From Alphaproteobacteria bacterium (GTDB lineage Bacteria; Pseudomonadota; Alphaproteobacteria; CALKHQ01): a stretch of DNA of 64,000 nt. Under the pieces are notes generated by a model, which was not told the DNA's origin, ran no database searches, and saw nothing but the letters and a program-made list of their open reading frames with translations. Of this stretch, positions 50,875 to 64,000 are shown in pieces. Numbering within the stretch: position 1 is the first letter of the stretch; each line of letters opens with the position of its first letter. The translations under genes and the position numbers were made by a program. The stretch is from contig CBDDFZ010000001.1 in assembly GCA_965227515.1 (NCBI GenBank), forward strand, positions 2,208,001-2,272,000, written 5' to 3'.

Positions 50875-52428
50875 ATGATGGATGGTGGGGAGCTTGGCGT
50901 GCGTGCAACGGCGCGCCACGACTCATGGCGGCAGGTCGCCTTGGCCGAACGCCTCGCCGGTATCGGCCACTGGCAGTTCGATCCGAAGACCCGCACGTTT
51001 GACTTGTCGGACGGGGCGTTGCGGATGCTCGGGATGGAGCCGCCTGCCGGACCGCCGACGCTGGATGACCTGCTGGCCAGGGTTGCGCCGGACGACCGTG
51101 GCCGGGTCGGTGCCGGGTTTGACGATGCCATACGCAATGGCGCCGAGCTTTCCGTGGAGTGCTCCGTGGATGTGGAGGTTGGCCCGCGCAGGCTGGTGCA
51201 TTGGCGCGGTCTGACGGCGGACGATGGCGACGGCGCGACTCGGTTGGCGGGCTACGTGCGCGACCTCAGCGCCGAGCGGCGCGCCGAGGCGGAACGCATG
51301 TCCAGCGACCAGCGGTTCTTCACGCTGCTGGACAACATGCGCAACATCATCCTGTTGCGCAGCCGCGTCGATGACGAGGATATGCGCGCCGCGACGGTGT
51401 ATGGCGCCGACGCGGGTGCGATCACCGGCGTGTTCGGCGACGGGCCGGTCCACAAGACCCGCTGGCTGGAGGCGATCCACCCGGAGGATCTGCCCGAGTA
51501 CCTGGAGGCGGAGGCCCTGTGCCGTCGCGAGGGCGTGCCCTTCAATCTGCAATTCAGGTTTCGTCATGGCGAAACGGGCGTCGTGAAATGGGCGCGGCAG
51601 GTGGGCTGGATCGTCCGCGACGGCGGCGAGCAATTCTTCGAGAGCTATCTGCTCGACGTGACCGACCTGATCGCAGCGCAGGAGACCGCCTATGCCGCGA
51701 AACTGCAGGCCGAGCGGGCCAGCCAGGCAAAGTCGGACTTCCTTGCCTCGATGAGCTACGAGCTTCGCACGCCGATGAACGCCATCCTGGGGTTCACCCA
51801 GGTGATTGGCGAAGAACTGTTCGGGCCGCTGGGCAACGACCGTTATGTCGAATACATCGGCCACATCGACGAGAGCTCGCGCCATTTGTTGGGCCTGATC
51901 AACGACTTGCTGGATGTGCGCAAGATCGAGGCCTACGACCTGGACCTGCGGGAGACTGAGCTGGATTTGGCGGAGGCCGTGCATTCCGCGGCCGGCCTGA
52001 TTCGCCCGACCGCCGCCAGCAAGAACATCAGCGTGGCCATCGACCATATGGGCCGGATCGGTCTGATGGCGGACAAGCGCGCATTACGGCAGATCCTGTT
52101 CAACCTGCTGTCCAACGCGATCAAGTTCACCGATCGTGGTGGGCGGATCGACGTCGGGGCGGAACGCCTGGCGGACGGCGCCACCCGCATTTTCGTCACC
52201 GACAATGGGTGCGGCATTCCGCCGGAGGATATCAGCCGGATCATGGAGCCGTTCTCCCAGATCAACGCCACCCATGTCGCCAGCGCCGAGCGGGGTGTTG
52301 GACTTGGGCTGTTCCTGGTGCAGCGTCTGGCGGAATGGCACGAGGCGTCGGTGCAGGTGCAGTCGCGCCCCCATGACGGCACCACGGTCAGCGTTGTCTT
52401 TCCCGCCGCGCGAGCCCTGGGTGCTTGA
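50875..52428 (+). CDS. PAS-PAS histidine-kinase-like protein with His-to-Tyr H-box and intact ATPase domain
   Basis: FLASMSYELRTPMN (TAC at 51757-51759); NLLSNAIKF, DNGCGI, EPFSQ and GVGLGL intact. The start codon is uncertain. Confidence 0.88.
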   Translation: MMDGGELGVRATARHDSWRQVALAERLAGIGHWQFDPKTRTFDLSDGALRMLGMEPPAGPPTLDDLLARVAPDDRGRVGAGFDDAIRNGAELSVECSVDVEVGPRRLVHWRGLTADDGDGATRLAGYVRDLSAERRAEAERMSSDQRFFTLLDNMRNIILLRSRVDDEDMRAATVYGADAGAITGVFGDGPVHKTRWLEAIHPEDLPEYLEAEALCRREGVPFNLQFRFRHGETGVVKWARQVGWIVRDGGEQFFESYLLDVTDLIAAQETAYAAKLQAERASQAKSDFLASMSYELRTPMNAILGFTQVIGEELFGPLGNDRYVEYIGHIDESSRHLLGLINDLLDVRKIEAYDLDLRETELDLAEAVHSAAGLIRPTAASKNISVAIDHMGRIGLMADKRALRQILFNLLSNAIKFTDRGGRIDVGAERLADGATRIFVTDNGCGIPPEDISRIMEPFSQINATHVASAERGVGLGLFLVQRLAEWHEASVQVQSRPHDGTTVSVVFPAARALGA

Positions 52429-52615
52429 GTCGTGGTGGGTCGGCTGGGTCGGACCCTCGCGGGGATTTGACACCGACGTCGCGGTTTTCCCGGTCGCCGG
52501 CAATGAGTTGATCGCCGCTGCTGCCCGGTTGATGGCATAGTGGTCCAGAGGGGCACTGACTTGGGGGGCATTCGGCTTCGCCCACGCATGGGTCGAGGCC
52601 GACCGGCAAACACCG

Positions 52616-54277
52616 ATGTCTGCTAGCGATCGCAACCACGTCGATGGGGCGGGCGACGGCGTGAGCCGTGCCGCAGACGATGCGCCGCAGGGCATGGCGG
52701 CATCGATAGCGGCCGGTCCGGACGGCGCGCACTTCGGGCTGGCCGAAATCGAATCGGGCTTCGGCTATTGGGCGATGTCGGAGGGCGGTGCCGGCGTGGC
52801 CATGACGCCCAGCGCCTGCCGCCTCGTCGGGCTGCCGCCCAGCGATGCCCTTGTCGACCTGCAACGCCTGTTCGATCGTTTCACCCCTCCCGAACGGCAG
52901 GCCCTGGATGCCGCGCTGTCGGCGTGCCTGATGCGTGACGAGCCCCTGGCCTTGACGCTGGAAACGGTGCCGATCGACGGTGAGCGCCGGCAGCTCAAGT
53001 TCCATGCGGAGCTGGATGTCTCGGCTGATGGCCGCACACGCCGTGTGTGCGGCGTGTTGCAGGACGTGACCGAAGGGTACGAGGCGGCGCTGGAGCGCCA
53101 GCGCGGCGACCAGCGCCTGTTCTCGTTCCTGGAGAACCTGCGCGACATCGTGTTCTGCCGTGGCAGCAGCACGGTGCGCGTGCAGAAAGGCCTTGCCGGT
53201 ACCGCGCACGTCTATGGCGAGGATGCGTATGCGATTGTCGGCGTGCCGCGGGGGGGCATCTTCGACAACGAGGTCTGGTTGCGCTCGCTGCATCCGGACG
53301 ACCGCGATGGATATCGGTCGGTGCTCGCCAAGAGCTACCGAGCGCGCGAGCCCTACACGGTGCAGTACCGTTTCGGTGGGGCCGACGGCATGCGCTATCG
53401 CTGGGCGCGCGAAACCGGTTGGATCGTGTTCGATCCCGACACTGCCGAGCCGTATCACGATCGCTATATCCTGGATGTCTCGGACCTGGTGACCACGCAA
53501 CAGACGGCGCGGACCGCGCAAATGGCTGCCGAGCGGGCGCTGAAGGCGAAATCAGAGTTCCTCGCCGCGATGAGCCACGAGTTGCGGACGCCGATGAATG
53601 CCATCATCGGGTTCTCTGACATCATCGAGCGCCAACTGTTCGGGCCGGTCGACAACCGGCGTTATCGCGCGTACATCCACGACATTCGCGCCAGCGCCCA
53701 GGCGCTGTTGGGGCTGATCGACGACCTGCTGGACGTGAGCCGTATCGATGCCGGACGCTTCGTGCTTCACGAGGAGGACATCGTGCTTGGCGACCTGGTG
53801 GCCGACGCGGTGCGGGCGGTCCATTCCAGCGCCATGGACGAGAACATCGCCATCGTGTCCAACGTGGCCGACTGCACCGTGCGTGCCGACCGCCGGGGCC
53901 TCTGGCAGATTATCTACAACCTGCTTGCCTATGTGGATCAGTCGGTCTCGTCCTCGGTGCCGCGCTCGTTCGAGGCCGACCTGACCGAGGACGGTGGGAT
54001 CAGGCTGGTGGTGCGCGACGATACCGCCGCGGGTGACGGCCAGAGCGGCGAGCGGTTCATGCAGGGGGATGCCGAAGACGGCGTGGACCGCAGCATGCGT
54101 TCGTTCTGGGTGCTGGACCGTGCGAGCCCGATGCTGGGCATTCCGCTGGTGCGGCGCCTGTTGGATCTGCACGGCGGCACGCTGACCATCCGGCGCGGCG
54201 ATGGCGGCGTGGTCACGGCGGTCGCGACCCTGCCGCCGGGCCGGGTCGTGCAACCGACCGCGGAAGCCGCGGACTGA
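52616..54277 (+). CDS. PAS-PAS histidine-kinase-like protein with intact H-box and degenerate ATPase domain
   Basis: FLAAMSHELRTPMN (CAC at 53576-53578); the N-box reads NLLAYVDQS, G1 RDDTAAG and G2 PMLGIPL. Confidence 0.88.
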   Translation: MSASDRNHVDGAGDGVSRAADDAPQGMAASIAAGPDGAHFGLAEIESGFGYWAMSEGGAGVAMTPSACRLVGLPPSDALVDLQRLFDRFTPPERQALDAALSACLMRDEPLALTLETVPIDGERRQLKFHAELDVSADGRTRRVCGVLQDVTEGYEAALERQRGDQRLFSFLENLRDIVFCRGSSTVRVQKGLAGTAHVYGEDAYAIVGVPRGGIFDNEVWLRSLHPDDRDGYRSVLAKSYRAREPYTVQYRFGGADGMRYRWARETGWIVFDPDTAEPYHDRYILDVSDLVTTQQTARTAQMAAERALKAKSEFLAAMSHELRTPMNAIIGFSDIIERQLFGPVDNRRYRAYIHDIRASAQALLGLIDDLLDVSRIDAGRFVLHEEDIVLGDLVADAVRAVHSSAMDENIAIVSNVADCTVRADRRGLWQIIYNLLAYVDQSVSSSVPRSFEADLTEDGGIRLVVRDDTAAGDGQSGERFMQGDAEDGVDRSMRSFWVLDRASPMLGIPLVRRLLDLHGGTLTIRRGDGGVVTAVATLPPGRVVQPTAEAAD

Positions 54278-54323
54278 TCCTGGCCCAGGCCTCTCTCCCG
54301 CCCGGGGTCGCTGCGGTTGGCCG

Positions 54324-55712
54324 CTACTCCAGCGCCTTGACGATGTCCTCGCACATCTTCTTGGCGTCGGCGAACAGCATCATTGTGTTGTCGCGATAGA
54401 ACAGCGGGTTGTCGACACCGGCGTAGCCGGAGCTGAGCGACCGCTTGACGAACAGCACCGTCTTAGACTTCTCCACATCAAGCACCGGCATGCCGTAGAT
54501 CGGGCTTGAGGTGTCGGTCTTGGCGGACGGGTTGGTGACGTCGTTGGCGCCGATGACGAAGGCGACGTCGGTCTGGGCGAAATCGCGGTTGATCTCCTCC
54601 AGCTCCAGCACCTCGTCATAGGGCACGTTGGCCTCGGCCAGCAGCACGTTCATGTGCCCCGGCATGCGGCCCGCGACCGGGTGGATGGCATAGCGCACCT
54701 TCACGCCCTCGCGCTTCAGGATCTCCGCCATCTCGCGCAGCGCATGCTGGGCCTGGGCCACCGCCATGCCGTAGCCGGGCACGATGACCACCGACGATGC
54801 GTTCGACATGATGAAGGCGGCGTCGTCGGCGCTGCCCTGCTTGACCGTGCGGTCCTCGTCGTCGCCCGCCGCCGCGGTGGTCTCGCCACCGAAGCCGCCC
54901 AGGATGACGCTGACGAACGAGCGGTTCATGCCCTTGCACATGATGTAGCTGAGGATCGCGCCCGATGCGCCGACCAGCGCGCCGGTGATGATCAGCAGCG
55001 GGTTGTGCAAGGTGAACCCGATGCCGCAGGCCGCCCAGCCCGAGTAGGAGTTCAGCATCGAGATGACGACCGGCATGTCGGCACCGCCGATGGGGATGAT
55101 CAGCAGCAGGCCCAGCAGCAGCGCCAGCAGCACGATCAGCCACAGCAGGATGCCCGGCTCCCAAATCGAGAACAGGATCACCAGCAGCACCAGCAGGCAG
55201 CCGAGCCCCAGGTTCAGCCAGTGCTGGTACGGGAACACCACCGGCTTGCCGGACACCAGGCCCTGCAGCTTGCCGAAGGCGATGATCGAGCCGGTGAACG
55301 TGATCGCGCCGATGGCGGCACCGATGCTCATCTCGATCAGGCTGAGGCCCTTGATGCCCTCGCCGGTGGCATCCAGCAGCCCGAAGGCGGCCGGGTCGTA
55401 GAACGCGGCCAGCGCGACGAACACGGCCGCCAGGCCGACCAGGCTGTGGAACGCGGCGACCAGTTGCGGCAGCGCCGTCATCTTGATGGTGCGCGCGATG
55501 TAGGTGCCGATCGCACCGCCAATGATGATGGCGATCAGGATCAGGATGTAGCTGTCGACCTGCGGGCCGGTCAGGGTGACGATCACCGCGATCGCCATGC
55601 CGGCCATGCCGTACTGATTGCCCCGTCGCGCGGTCTCCGGCGACGACAACCCGCGCAAGGCCAGGATGAAGCAGATGCCGGAGATCAGGTACATGATCGT
55701 GACGAAGGTCAT
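54324..55712 (-). CDS. pntB: NAD(P) transhydrogenase subunit beta
   Basis: FHSLVGLAA, GGADMPVV and IHPVAGRMPGHMNVLLAE motifs. Confidence 0.97.
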   Translation of the reverse strand: MTFVTIMYLISGICFILALRGLSSPETARRGNQYGMAGMAIAVIVTLTGPQVDSYILILIAIIIGGAIGTYIARTIKMTALPQLVAAFHSLVGLAAVFVALAAFYDPAAFGLLDATGEGIKGLSLIEMSIGAAIGAITFTGSIIAFGKLQGLVSGKPVVFPYQHWLNLGLGCLLVLLVILFSIWEPGILLWLIVLLALLLGLLLIIPIGGADMPVVISMLNSYSGWAACGIGFTLHNPLLIITGALVGASGAILSYIMCKGMNRSFVSVILGGFGGETTAAAGDDEDRTVKQGSADDAAFIMSNASSVVIVPGYGMAVAQAQHALREMAEILKREGVKVRYAIHPVAGRMPGHMNVLLAEANVPYDEVLELEEINRDFAQTDVAFVIGANDVTNPSAKTDTSSPIYGMPVLDVEKSKTVLFVKRSLSSGYAGVDNPLFYRDNTMMLFADAKKMCEDIVKALE

Positions 55713-55761
55713 CGGTCATCGCCTCCCGCAGCGGCCGCGAGACTGGTAAGTGCCACGCTGG

Positions 55762-56412
55762 TCATGATTGCTTCTTCCGGAACATGGCCAGCATGCGCTG
55801 GGTGACGATGAAGCCGCCGAATATGTTCACCGAGGCCAGTACGACGGCGACAAAGCCGAACACGCTGGAGGCACCGAATTCATCTAGCCCCGCCGCGATC
55901 AGCGCACCGACGACGATGACGGACGAGATCGCGTTGGTCACCGCCATCAGCGGCGAGTGCAGGGCCGGCGTCACCCGCCAGACCACGTAGTAGCCCACGA
56001 AAACCGCCAGCACGAATATCGCCAGCAGCGACAGGAAATCGCTGCTTGCCGCAGCGGAATGAATGCTTTCCAGCAGATCTTCCGGCGAGGGCCCGGTCGC
56101 AACAGGTGCCTCGTCGATTTGGGTTGCCAGGTCGCGCATCTGGTCGGCGAGGTCGTTGAGCTGATCGCTGACCGGAATTTCAGGCGTGGCCATCGGCTCC
56201 GGCGTCAGGCCGGCGGTGGGATCCGATTCGGGCACCGCCGGTGGCGTCGCATCGGGGGATGCGTCGGGTGCCGCTTCGAGGCCGGCATCCGGGTCCGGTG
56301 CCGCGTCCGGCTCCGTTGTGGTGTCGGGTTCGGGCGTGGTGTCCGGCTCTGGCGTTGGGGCACCATCTTCCGGCGCCAGTTCGCCGCCGTCCGTCGGCTC
56401 GTTTTCGTCCAT
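55762..56412 (-). CDS. pntAB: NAD(P) transhydrogenase alpha part 2 with long acidic N-terminal extension
   Basis: [17 protein letters not shown] and [13 protein letters not shown] motifs; RBS-like gagag before ATG 56412. Confidence 0.9.
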   Translation of the reverse strand: MDENEPTDGGELAPEDGAPTPEPDTTPEPDTTTEPDAAPDPDAGLEAAPDASPDATPPAVPESDPTAGLTPEPMATPEIPVSDQLNDLADQMRDLATQIDEAPVATGPSPEDLLESIHSAAASSDFLSLLAIFVLAVFVGYYVVWRVTPALHSPLMAVTNAISSVIVVGALIAAGLDEFGASSVFGFVAVVLASVNIFGGFIVTQRMLAMFRKKQS

Positions 56413-56415
56413 GCG

Positions 56416-57855
<1,440 letters not shown>

Positions 57856-58133
57856 GCAGCCATTGCTCTTAGCCCTGGGATGGATCATCCGGGGCGGGGG
57901 ACGCGTCCGCGTGCGCGGCAGCGCTAGGCATGGGCCAAGCTAACAAAAACACAGGGCGCGACAAAGCCCGTTTCGCGGCCTGCGACGCCGGGTCTGCCCG
58001 TCCATCTGCCTGCCGACATGAACCGCCCGTGATTTGCCCAACCCGGCGCGCCCGGCTATGGTTCCATCAAGGGCAAGAACAACAACGTTCCATCTCAGCT
58101 TGATTGGCCATCTCAACCAGATCGGAGAGATCG

Positions 58134-58313
58134 ATGCGTAAGATGACAACGATTGCTTTGGCTGCTGCGTTCACTGTCGCCTCGACGGCCGCGTTTGCGT
58201 GCCCGGGCATGACCAGTGCGTCCACCGGCGAGCCGCTGGTTGTGGCGACCGGCCCTTCGACCCCGGCGCCGACCACGCCGCAGTCGCCGATCATTCTGCC
58301 GGTCGACGACTAG
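58134..58313 (+). CDS. Small secreted Pro/Thr-rich peptide (59 aa)
   Basis: RBS ggaga; signal peptide ending AFA|C. Confidence 0.6.
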   Translation: MRKMTTIALAAAFTVASTAAFACPGMTSASTGEPLVVATGPSTPAPTTPQSPIILPVDD

Positions 58314-58439
58314 GTCGTTTGGCGTTAACGCCAATTCGGCACCAGCCCTCTCCCCCACCCGACCACCCAACGCCAGTATGATCGGGGTGGTCGGGTGGGG
58401 GAGAGGGCTGGCGCAGACTTCGCGCCCCGGGGGCGCTAG
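58310..58439. repeat. CTAG-bounded palindromic repeat, copy D
   Basis: Near-perfect stem at 58338-58414 with loop aacgccagtatgatc; CTAG at both ends. Confidence 0.78.
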
Positions 58440-58490
58440 ACCAGAGACCAGCCGGGCCGCAGCGGGCTCGGCGTCCAACCCGATTGAATG

Positions 58491-58522
58491 CAAAACGGCG
58501 GGTCCGCGTGGCCCGCCGTTTG
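58491..58522. terminator. Putative bidirectional terminator
   Basis: aaacggcggg...cccgccgttt hairpin between convergent small genes. Confidence 0.65.
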
Positions 58523-58546
58523 TCGTGTGCGCTATATGGGAAGCCG

Positions 58547-58834
58547 CTACTCGGTGACGGTGTAGGGCTCGAAGATCTCATGGGGGTTGGCGTTGCCGCC
58601 CGCGCCAGCGGCGGGGGACATCTCGGCGAGCTGTTCGTCGTTCATCGGGCAAAAGCCACCATCCGACGAGGCATCGGTCCACGACACGAAGGTGTCGCAG
58701 TCGGCGCCGGTCTCGCCCGGCTGGCAGATCATGCAACCGTCGCGGTCGCAGCTCTGCAGGCAGTCGGCTGCGGTGCCGACCGTGGCAAATCCGATTGTGG
58801 CAATGCTGAAGGCGGCGGCGAAAGCTATCTTCAT
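58547..58834 (-). CDS. Small secreted six-cysteine protein (95 aa)
   Basis: Signal peptide followed by C-x3-C-x4-C-x2-C-x8-C-x15-C. Confidence 0.65.
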   Translation of the reverse strand: MKIAFAAAFSIATIGFATVGTAADCLQSCDRDGCMICQPGETGADCDTFVSWTDASSDGGFCPMNDEQLAEMSPAAGAGGNANPHEIFEPYTVTE

Positions 58835-59093
58835 GACAAATCTTCCCTGCTCTTCCCTGGCTGATCCGGCGGGGCGCTGGGCCCAGGCACCGGAAGGCTC
58901 CTCTCCATCTGCCCGTATGTCGCAGCTTAGCCGCGTTCGGTTCACAAGCCGTAAGCAACGACCGAAAGACCGGGAGGCAGATGCCGTCTGGATGACGTGG
59001 GCGTGAGGACGCGTATTCGCAAGGCAGGGAGGGCCGCTGGCGTGTTCGCGGCGTGACGCGGGTCACACGTCAGCAATGCTCACCTAAGTACGT

Positions 59094-59435
59094 CTAGTTG
59101 GAGTCCGACATCACGCCACTGCGCTGCAACTCCGGTTGCAGGCGGCCGACCAGCCACAGGAAGAACATGCGGAAGTCGGAGATCAGCGACCAGAATGGAT
59201 AGGTGAAGGTCGCGGGCCGGTTGCGCTCCACCATCATGTGCGAATACCAGGCGGGGCCGTAGCCAGCCACCAGTGCCACGGCCAGCAGCCACCAGATCTG
59301 GGTGACGATCGCCACCACCACCACCGCAATCGCCAGGGCGGTGCCGAAGAAGTGGATCAGCCGGGTGCCGGGCCTGGCGTGCTCGCGCAGATAGTAGGGC
59401 CAGAACTCGGCATAGGTCTCGCAGCGTTGGGCCAT
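59094..59435 (-). CDS. DUF962 / Mpo1-like membrane protein
   Basis: FWPYYLREH, HFFGT, H..VERNRPATF.YP and SDFRMF motifs. Confidence 0.85.
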   Translation of the reverse strand: MAQRCETYAEFWPYYLREHARPGTRLIHFFGTALAIAVVVVAIVTQIWWLLAVALVAGYGPAWYSHMMVERNRPATFTYPFWSLISDFRMFFLWLVGRLQPELQRSGVMSDSN

Positions 59436-59519
59436 CGTTCACCTCCCTGCGGCAGGTTCACTTTATGCGTTATCCGCAAAATGTGGCGATTGCAGGCAGG
59501 CGGGTCAACTTGAGACGAC

Positions 59520-60653
59520 TCAACGGCACGCGGTCGTCTGCGGCCCCGGCTGGGCGGCGTTCACCCGGTGCTCGAATACCCAGCAATCGTTGCCGGAGCC
59601 GGCGGGGCGATAGCGCACCGCGCTGGTGCCGCCGCCGCTGAGCGCGGAGAACTCCATCACGTACCAGCCGTCAGGCTCCTGCCGGAAGTCGGTCACAAGG
59701 GTGCGCACCGGCTCGCCGAGCTGGCCGACGCCGAACGGGGAGGGTGCCCGTTGCGGGCGGTCACGCAGCGGCCTTGGCTCGATCCTGAGGCTGGGGTCGG
59801 CCACCGCGTGGTGGCAGCCCAGCACATAGGGCGGGGTCGCGGTGGTGTAGTAGACGTACGTCCCGTCGGGCTGGCGGGCGCCGTTGCAGGGGTCGAGCCC
59901 GCCGGGCGGCAGGTTGTTGACGCCGCTGAGCCGGCTGCCGCCGAAGAACGCCGACCCGCCGGTGCCGAAATAGATCGGAATGCCGTCCAGGCCGAAGCCG
60001 ATGGGCTGGTCGAGGTGGGCCGGGTCGACCAGGCAAACCGGCGGGTAGTGATAGTGGTAATCGTCGCCCTGGCCGGCATGGCCGCCGCACTGGTCCAGTT
60101 CGCCCGCCGGCACCGTGTCGTGGCGCGCCTCGTAGCGGGCCGGGTCGGTGTTGGCGTCCGGGCGGCGGTCGTAGTGGAAGATCGGCACCCCGTCGACGGC
60201 GAACGCAATCGGCCCGCGCGGCGAGGCGGCCTGCGGTGCGGCCAGCCATTGCGGCGACAGCGGTACGCGCCAGCGGTAATGGAAGGGCAGGGGCACGCGC
60301 TGAATCCAGGCGGTGATACCGACCATGATGCGCTCGCCGGGGCTGGCGGCGGGGCGCGGCAGGCCGGTGGGGGCGTCGACCAGCAGCCAGCCGCCCTCGC
60401 ACCGTGCCGTCACCATGTCGCCGAAGCGGGCGAACGCGGACAGCGCGCGCTGGCAGGCATCGGCGCCGGCCTGCGCCGGGACGAGCGGTGCGCCTGCATT
60501 GGCATGGTCGTGCGGCAATGACCAACCCGGGCCGAACGGCTGCGGCGCCCACGCCTCCATGTCATGGGCATGCGCCGTCGACATGCTCGCGAGCGCCAGC
60601 CATGCCGCGCCAAGCAGGCCGGAAATCAATGTGTACAGGCGTCGTCGCTGCAT
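59520..60653 (-). CDS. Secreted YHYH-domain protein
   Basis: Signal peptide; AVDGVPIF, LDQCGGH..YHYH, GLDGIPIY and LDPCNG motifs. Confidence 0.85.
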   Translation of the reverse strand: MQRRRLYTLISGLLGAAWLALASMSTAHAHDMEAWAPQPFGPGWSLPHDHANAGAPLVPAQAGADACQRALSAFARFGDMVTARCEGGWLLVDAPTGLPRPAASPGERIMVGITAWIQRVPLPFHYRWRVPLSPQWLAAPQAASPRGPIAFAVDGVPIFHYDRRPDANTDPARYEARHDTVPAGELDQCGGHAGQGDDYHYHYPPVCLVDPAHLDQPIGFGLDGIPIYFGTGGSAFFGGSRLSGVNNLPPGGLDPCNGARQPDGTYVYYTTATPPYVLGCHHAVADPSLRIEPRPLRDRPQRAPSPFGVGQLGEPVRTLVTDFRQEPDGWYVMEFSALSGGGTSAVRYRPAGSGNDCWVFEHRVNAAQPGPQTTACR

Positions 60654-60691
60654 CGTTTCCGTCCTCCGTCATTGGTCATTTGAGAGCCAGC

Positions 60692-62536
<1,845 letters not shown>

Positions 62537-62920
62537 TGCTTCTGTCCTGCACGCGGCTACGAGGGTTACGGGAGAGTTCCGTCCTACGCGCGGCAGGCGA
62601 AGCGGGAGCGCACTCCTTCTTCGCGGAAAGACCGGGCGTCGACGATCAGACGCTAGTCATCATCACTTCGAAGGATCTCCATGTTGCGGCTCCGGGGTCG
62701 TTGGCGCGCCAGACCTCTGCGGTCAAGCGAGCGCGGACAGGGCTTATAGACCGATTCGGTGAGTGTGGAAACCTCCAAGGCCCGATTGCCGGTATCTCGT
62801 AAGGTCGAAGACTATTTTCGCGAGAAATGAGTTGTTTGAGGCCGATGCAGGCCCCACGTAATGCGATGGATCGATGTTGATCCATGATCGTGATTAGTAA
62901 TTGATATTGGGAGAATAGTT

Positions 62921-63172
62921 ATGCCCGCACTTGGCGTGGGTTTCACGGAAGCTCAGGAAAAGGTTGCCGCGGGTGAGCCTGGATACGCATGGTACAAGGG
63001 CGATGGCGGAAACAGTTGGGCGGGCCCCGGCACGCTTGGCGGAACCAATGCTTACGGAGTCTTCGAGCGTGAAGAAGCGACTGCTTCCGATGCGATCAAA
63101 CGTCTGATTAGCTCTATCAAGAGCGCGAATGATCCAGAGAAAGGGGCTATGTCGCCAGGTTTTGGCGGCTAG
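62921..63172 (+). CDS. Small hypothetical protein in a lower-GC patch
   Basis: RBS ggaga, AT-rich upstream sequence, downstream hairpin gcgtcac-aggaa-gtgacgc. Confidence 0.55.
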   Translation: MPALGVGFTEAQEKVAAGEPGYAWYKGDGGNSWAGPGTLGGTNAYGVFEREEATASDAIKRLISSIKSANDPEKGAMSPGFGG

Positions 63173-63249
63173 TTACCTAGCCTTGTCCAACGCGTCACAG
63201 GAAGTGACGCGCCTTATTTGACCACTATCATTGTCAGAATTGCCAGCCG

Positions 63250-64000
63250 TCAGTTTGTCGGCATGTCCGGGTCCAGCGCCTCGGCATTGTCGGAGTCCGC
63301 CGGATCCAACTCGGTCAGGCTGCCGTCGGCGTTGACCACGTAGTAGGTCGGGGCCGGGCGAAGACCGCGCTCCACCTCGTCGAAGCCATCGGGGTCCTGG
63401 ATCGCGTCGGCGACGATCAGGCGGCTGTCGTGCTGGTATTGCACGCCATAGCTGCTGGAGATGGCCGAGGTGATCAGGCCGGTTTCCATATCGACGACCA
63501 GGGTCAGCGGTGCGGTCCCGGTATCCAGGGCGAGCCCAATGATGGCGTACTTGCCCGCGAACGCCGGCGGCGGCTCGTACTGCACCAGGAGGTCGAGCGG
63601 GTCGACGCGCGACGCCATCGGGTGACTGGTGGGGTCCAGCTCCGCCGGATCGCCCTTGTAGGGCTCGTCGGCCGGATAGTCCTCGAACTGGTAGGCCCAG
63701 AACTGCACCGCCACCGACATGACGGCGGACTCGTAGGCCGAGACCTGGTCTTCGAGCAGGTTCAGGGTGGCGACCGTCAGCGTGCCGCTGGGGGTCAGCC
63801 CGTTCGATGCCTGGAAACGCGCCAGCGATGTCGCCGTCTGCGGACCCAGCACGCCATCCGCCGGGCCGCTGAAATACGCCAGCTCGCGCAGCATCTGTTG
63901 CGCATGCTGCATGGTCCAGAAATCCAGGATCTCTGAATCCTCGTTGGTCTCGCCGCGCAGCGCGTTCAGGGTTTCCAGGGTCAGCGTGCCGGTCACCCGC
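63250..64000 (-). CDS. Peptidoglycan-binding domain protein (5' end outside the window)
   Basis: QQML..L.YFSGPADGVLGPQT..L..FQ..NGL...G PG_binding_1 repeat, preceded by the tail of another such repeat. Confidence 0.8.
   Translation of the reverse strand, partial: RVTGTLTLETLNALRGETNEDSEILDFWTMQHAQQMLRELAYFSGPADGVLGPQTATSLARFQASNGLTPSGTLTVATLNLLEDQVSAYESAVMSVAVQFWAYQFEDYPADEPYKGDPAELDPTSHPMASRVDPLDLLVQYEPPPAFAGKYAIIGLALDTGTAPLTLVVDMETGLITSAISSSYGVQYQHDSRLIVADAIQDPDGFDEVERGLRPAPTYYVVNADGSLTELDPADSDNAEALDPDMPTN

Noticed and set aside
52616-54277. Calling the second kinase a pseudogene
   Set aside because: The frame is intact and full length, and the PAS and DHp regions look conserved. Degeneration is focused on the ATP-binding boxes.

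Overview
This is a high-GC alphaproteobacterial (Rhodospirillales-like) chromosomal segment, mostly housekeeping, metabolic and signalling genes. They include PBP1A-birA, mtnK, galM, a sugar ABC transporter, gcdH, kdgK, the dcd-murA-hisG-maf-rng-tRNA-Met block, an M48 protease and pntAA/AB/B. The main features of interest are: (1) a tandem pair of paralogous PAS kinases with complementary defects, one with Tyr replacing the phospho-His but an intact ATPase domain, the other with the His but a degenerate ATPase domain; (2) three Flp pilin genes, each with its own sigma54 promoter, IHF-like site and shared upstream motif; (3) a lower-GC Gabija-like OLD nuclease plus UvrD helicase insertion with no mobility gene; (4) a TetR locus with four operator copies; (5) a modular CTAG-bounded palindromic repeat family; (6) oppositely charged low-complexity tails on the split transhydrogenase alpha subunits; and (7) several small orphan secreted proteins. 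All calls come from reading motifs by eye. No searches were run, and start codons are best estimates.
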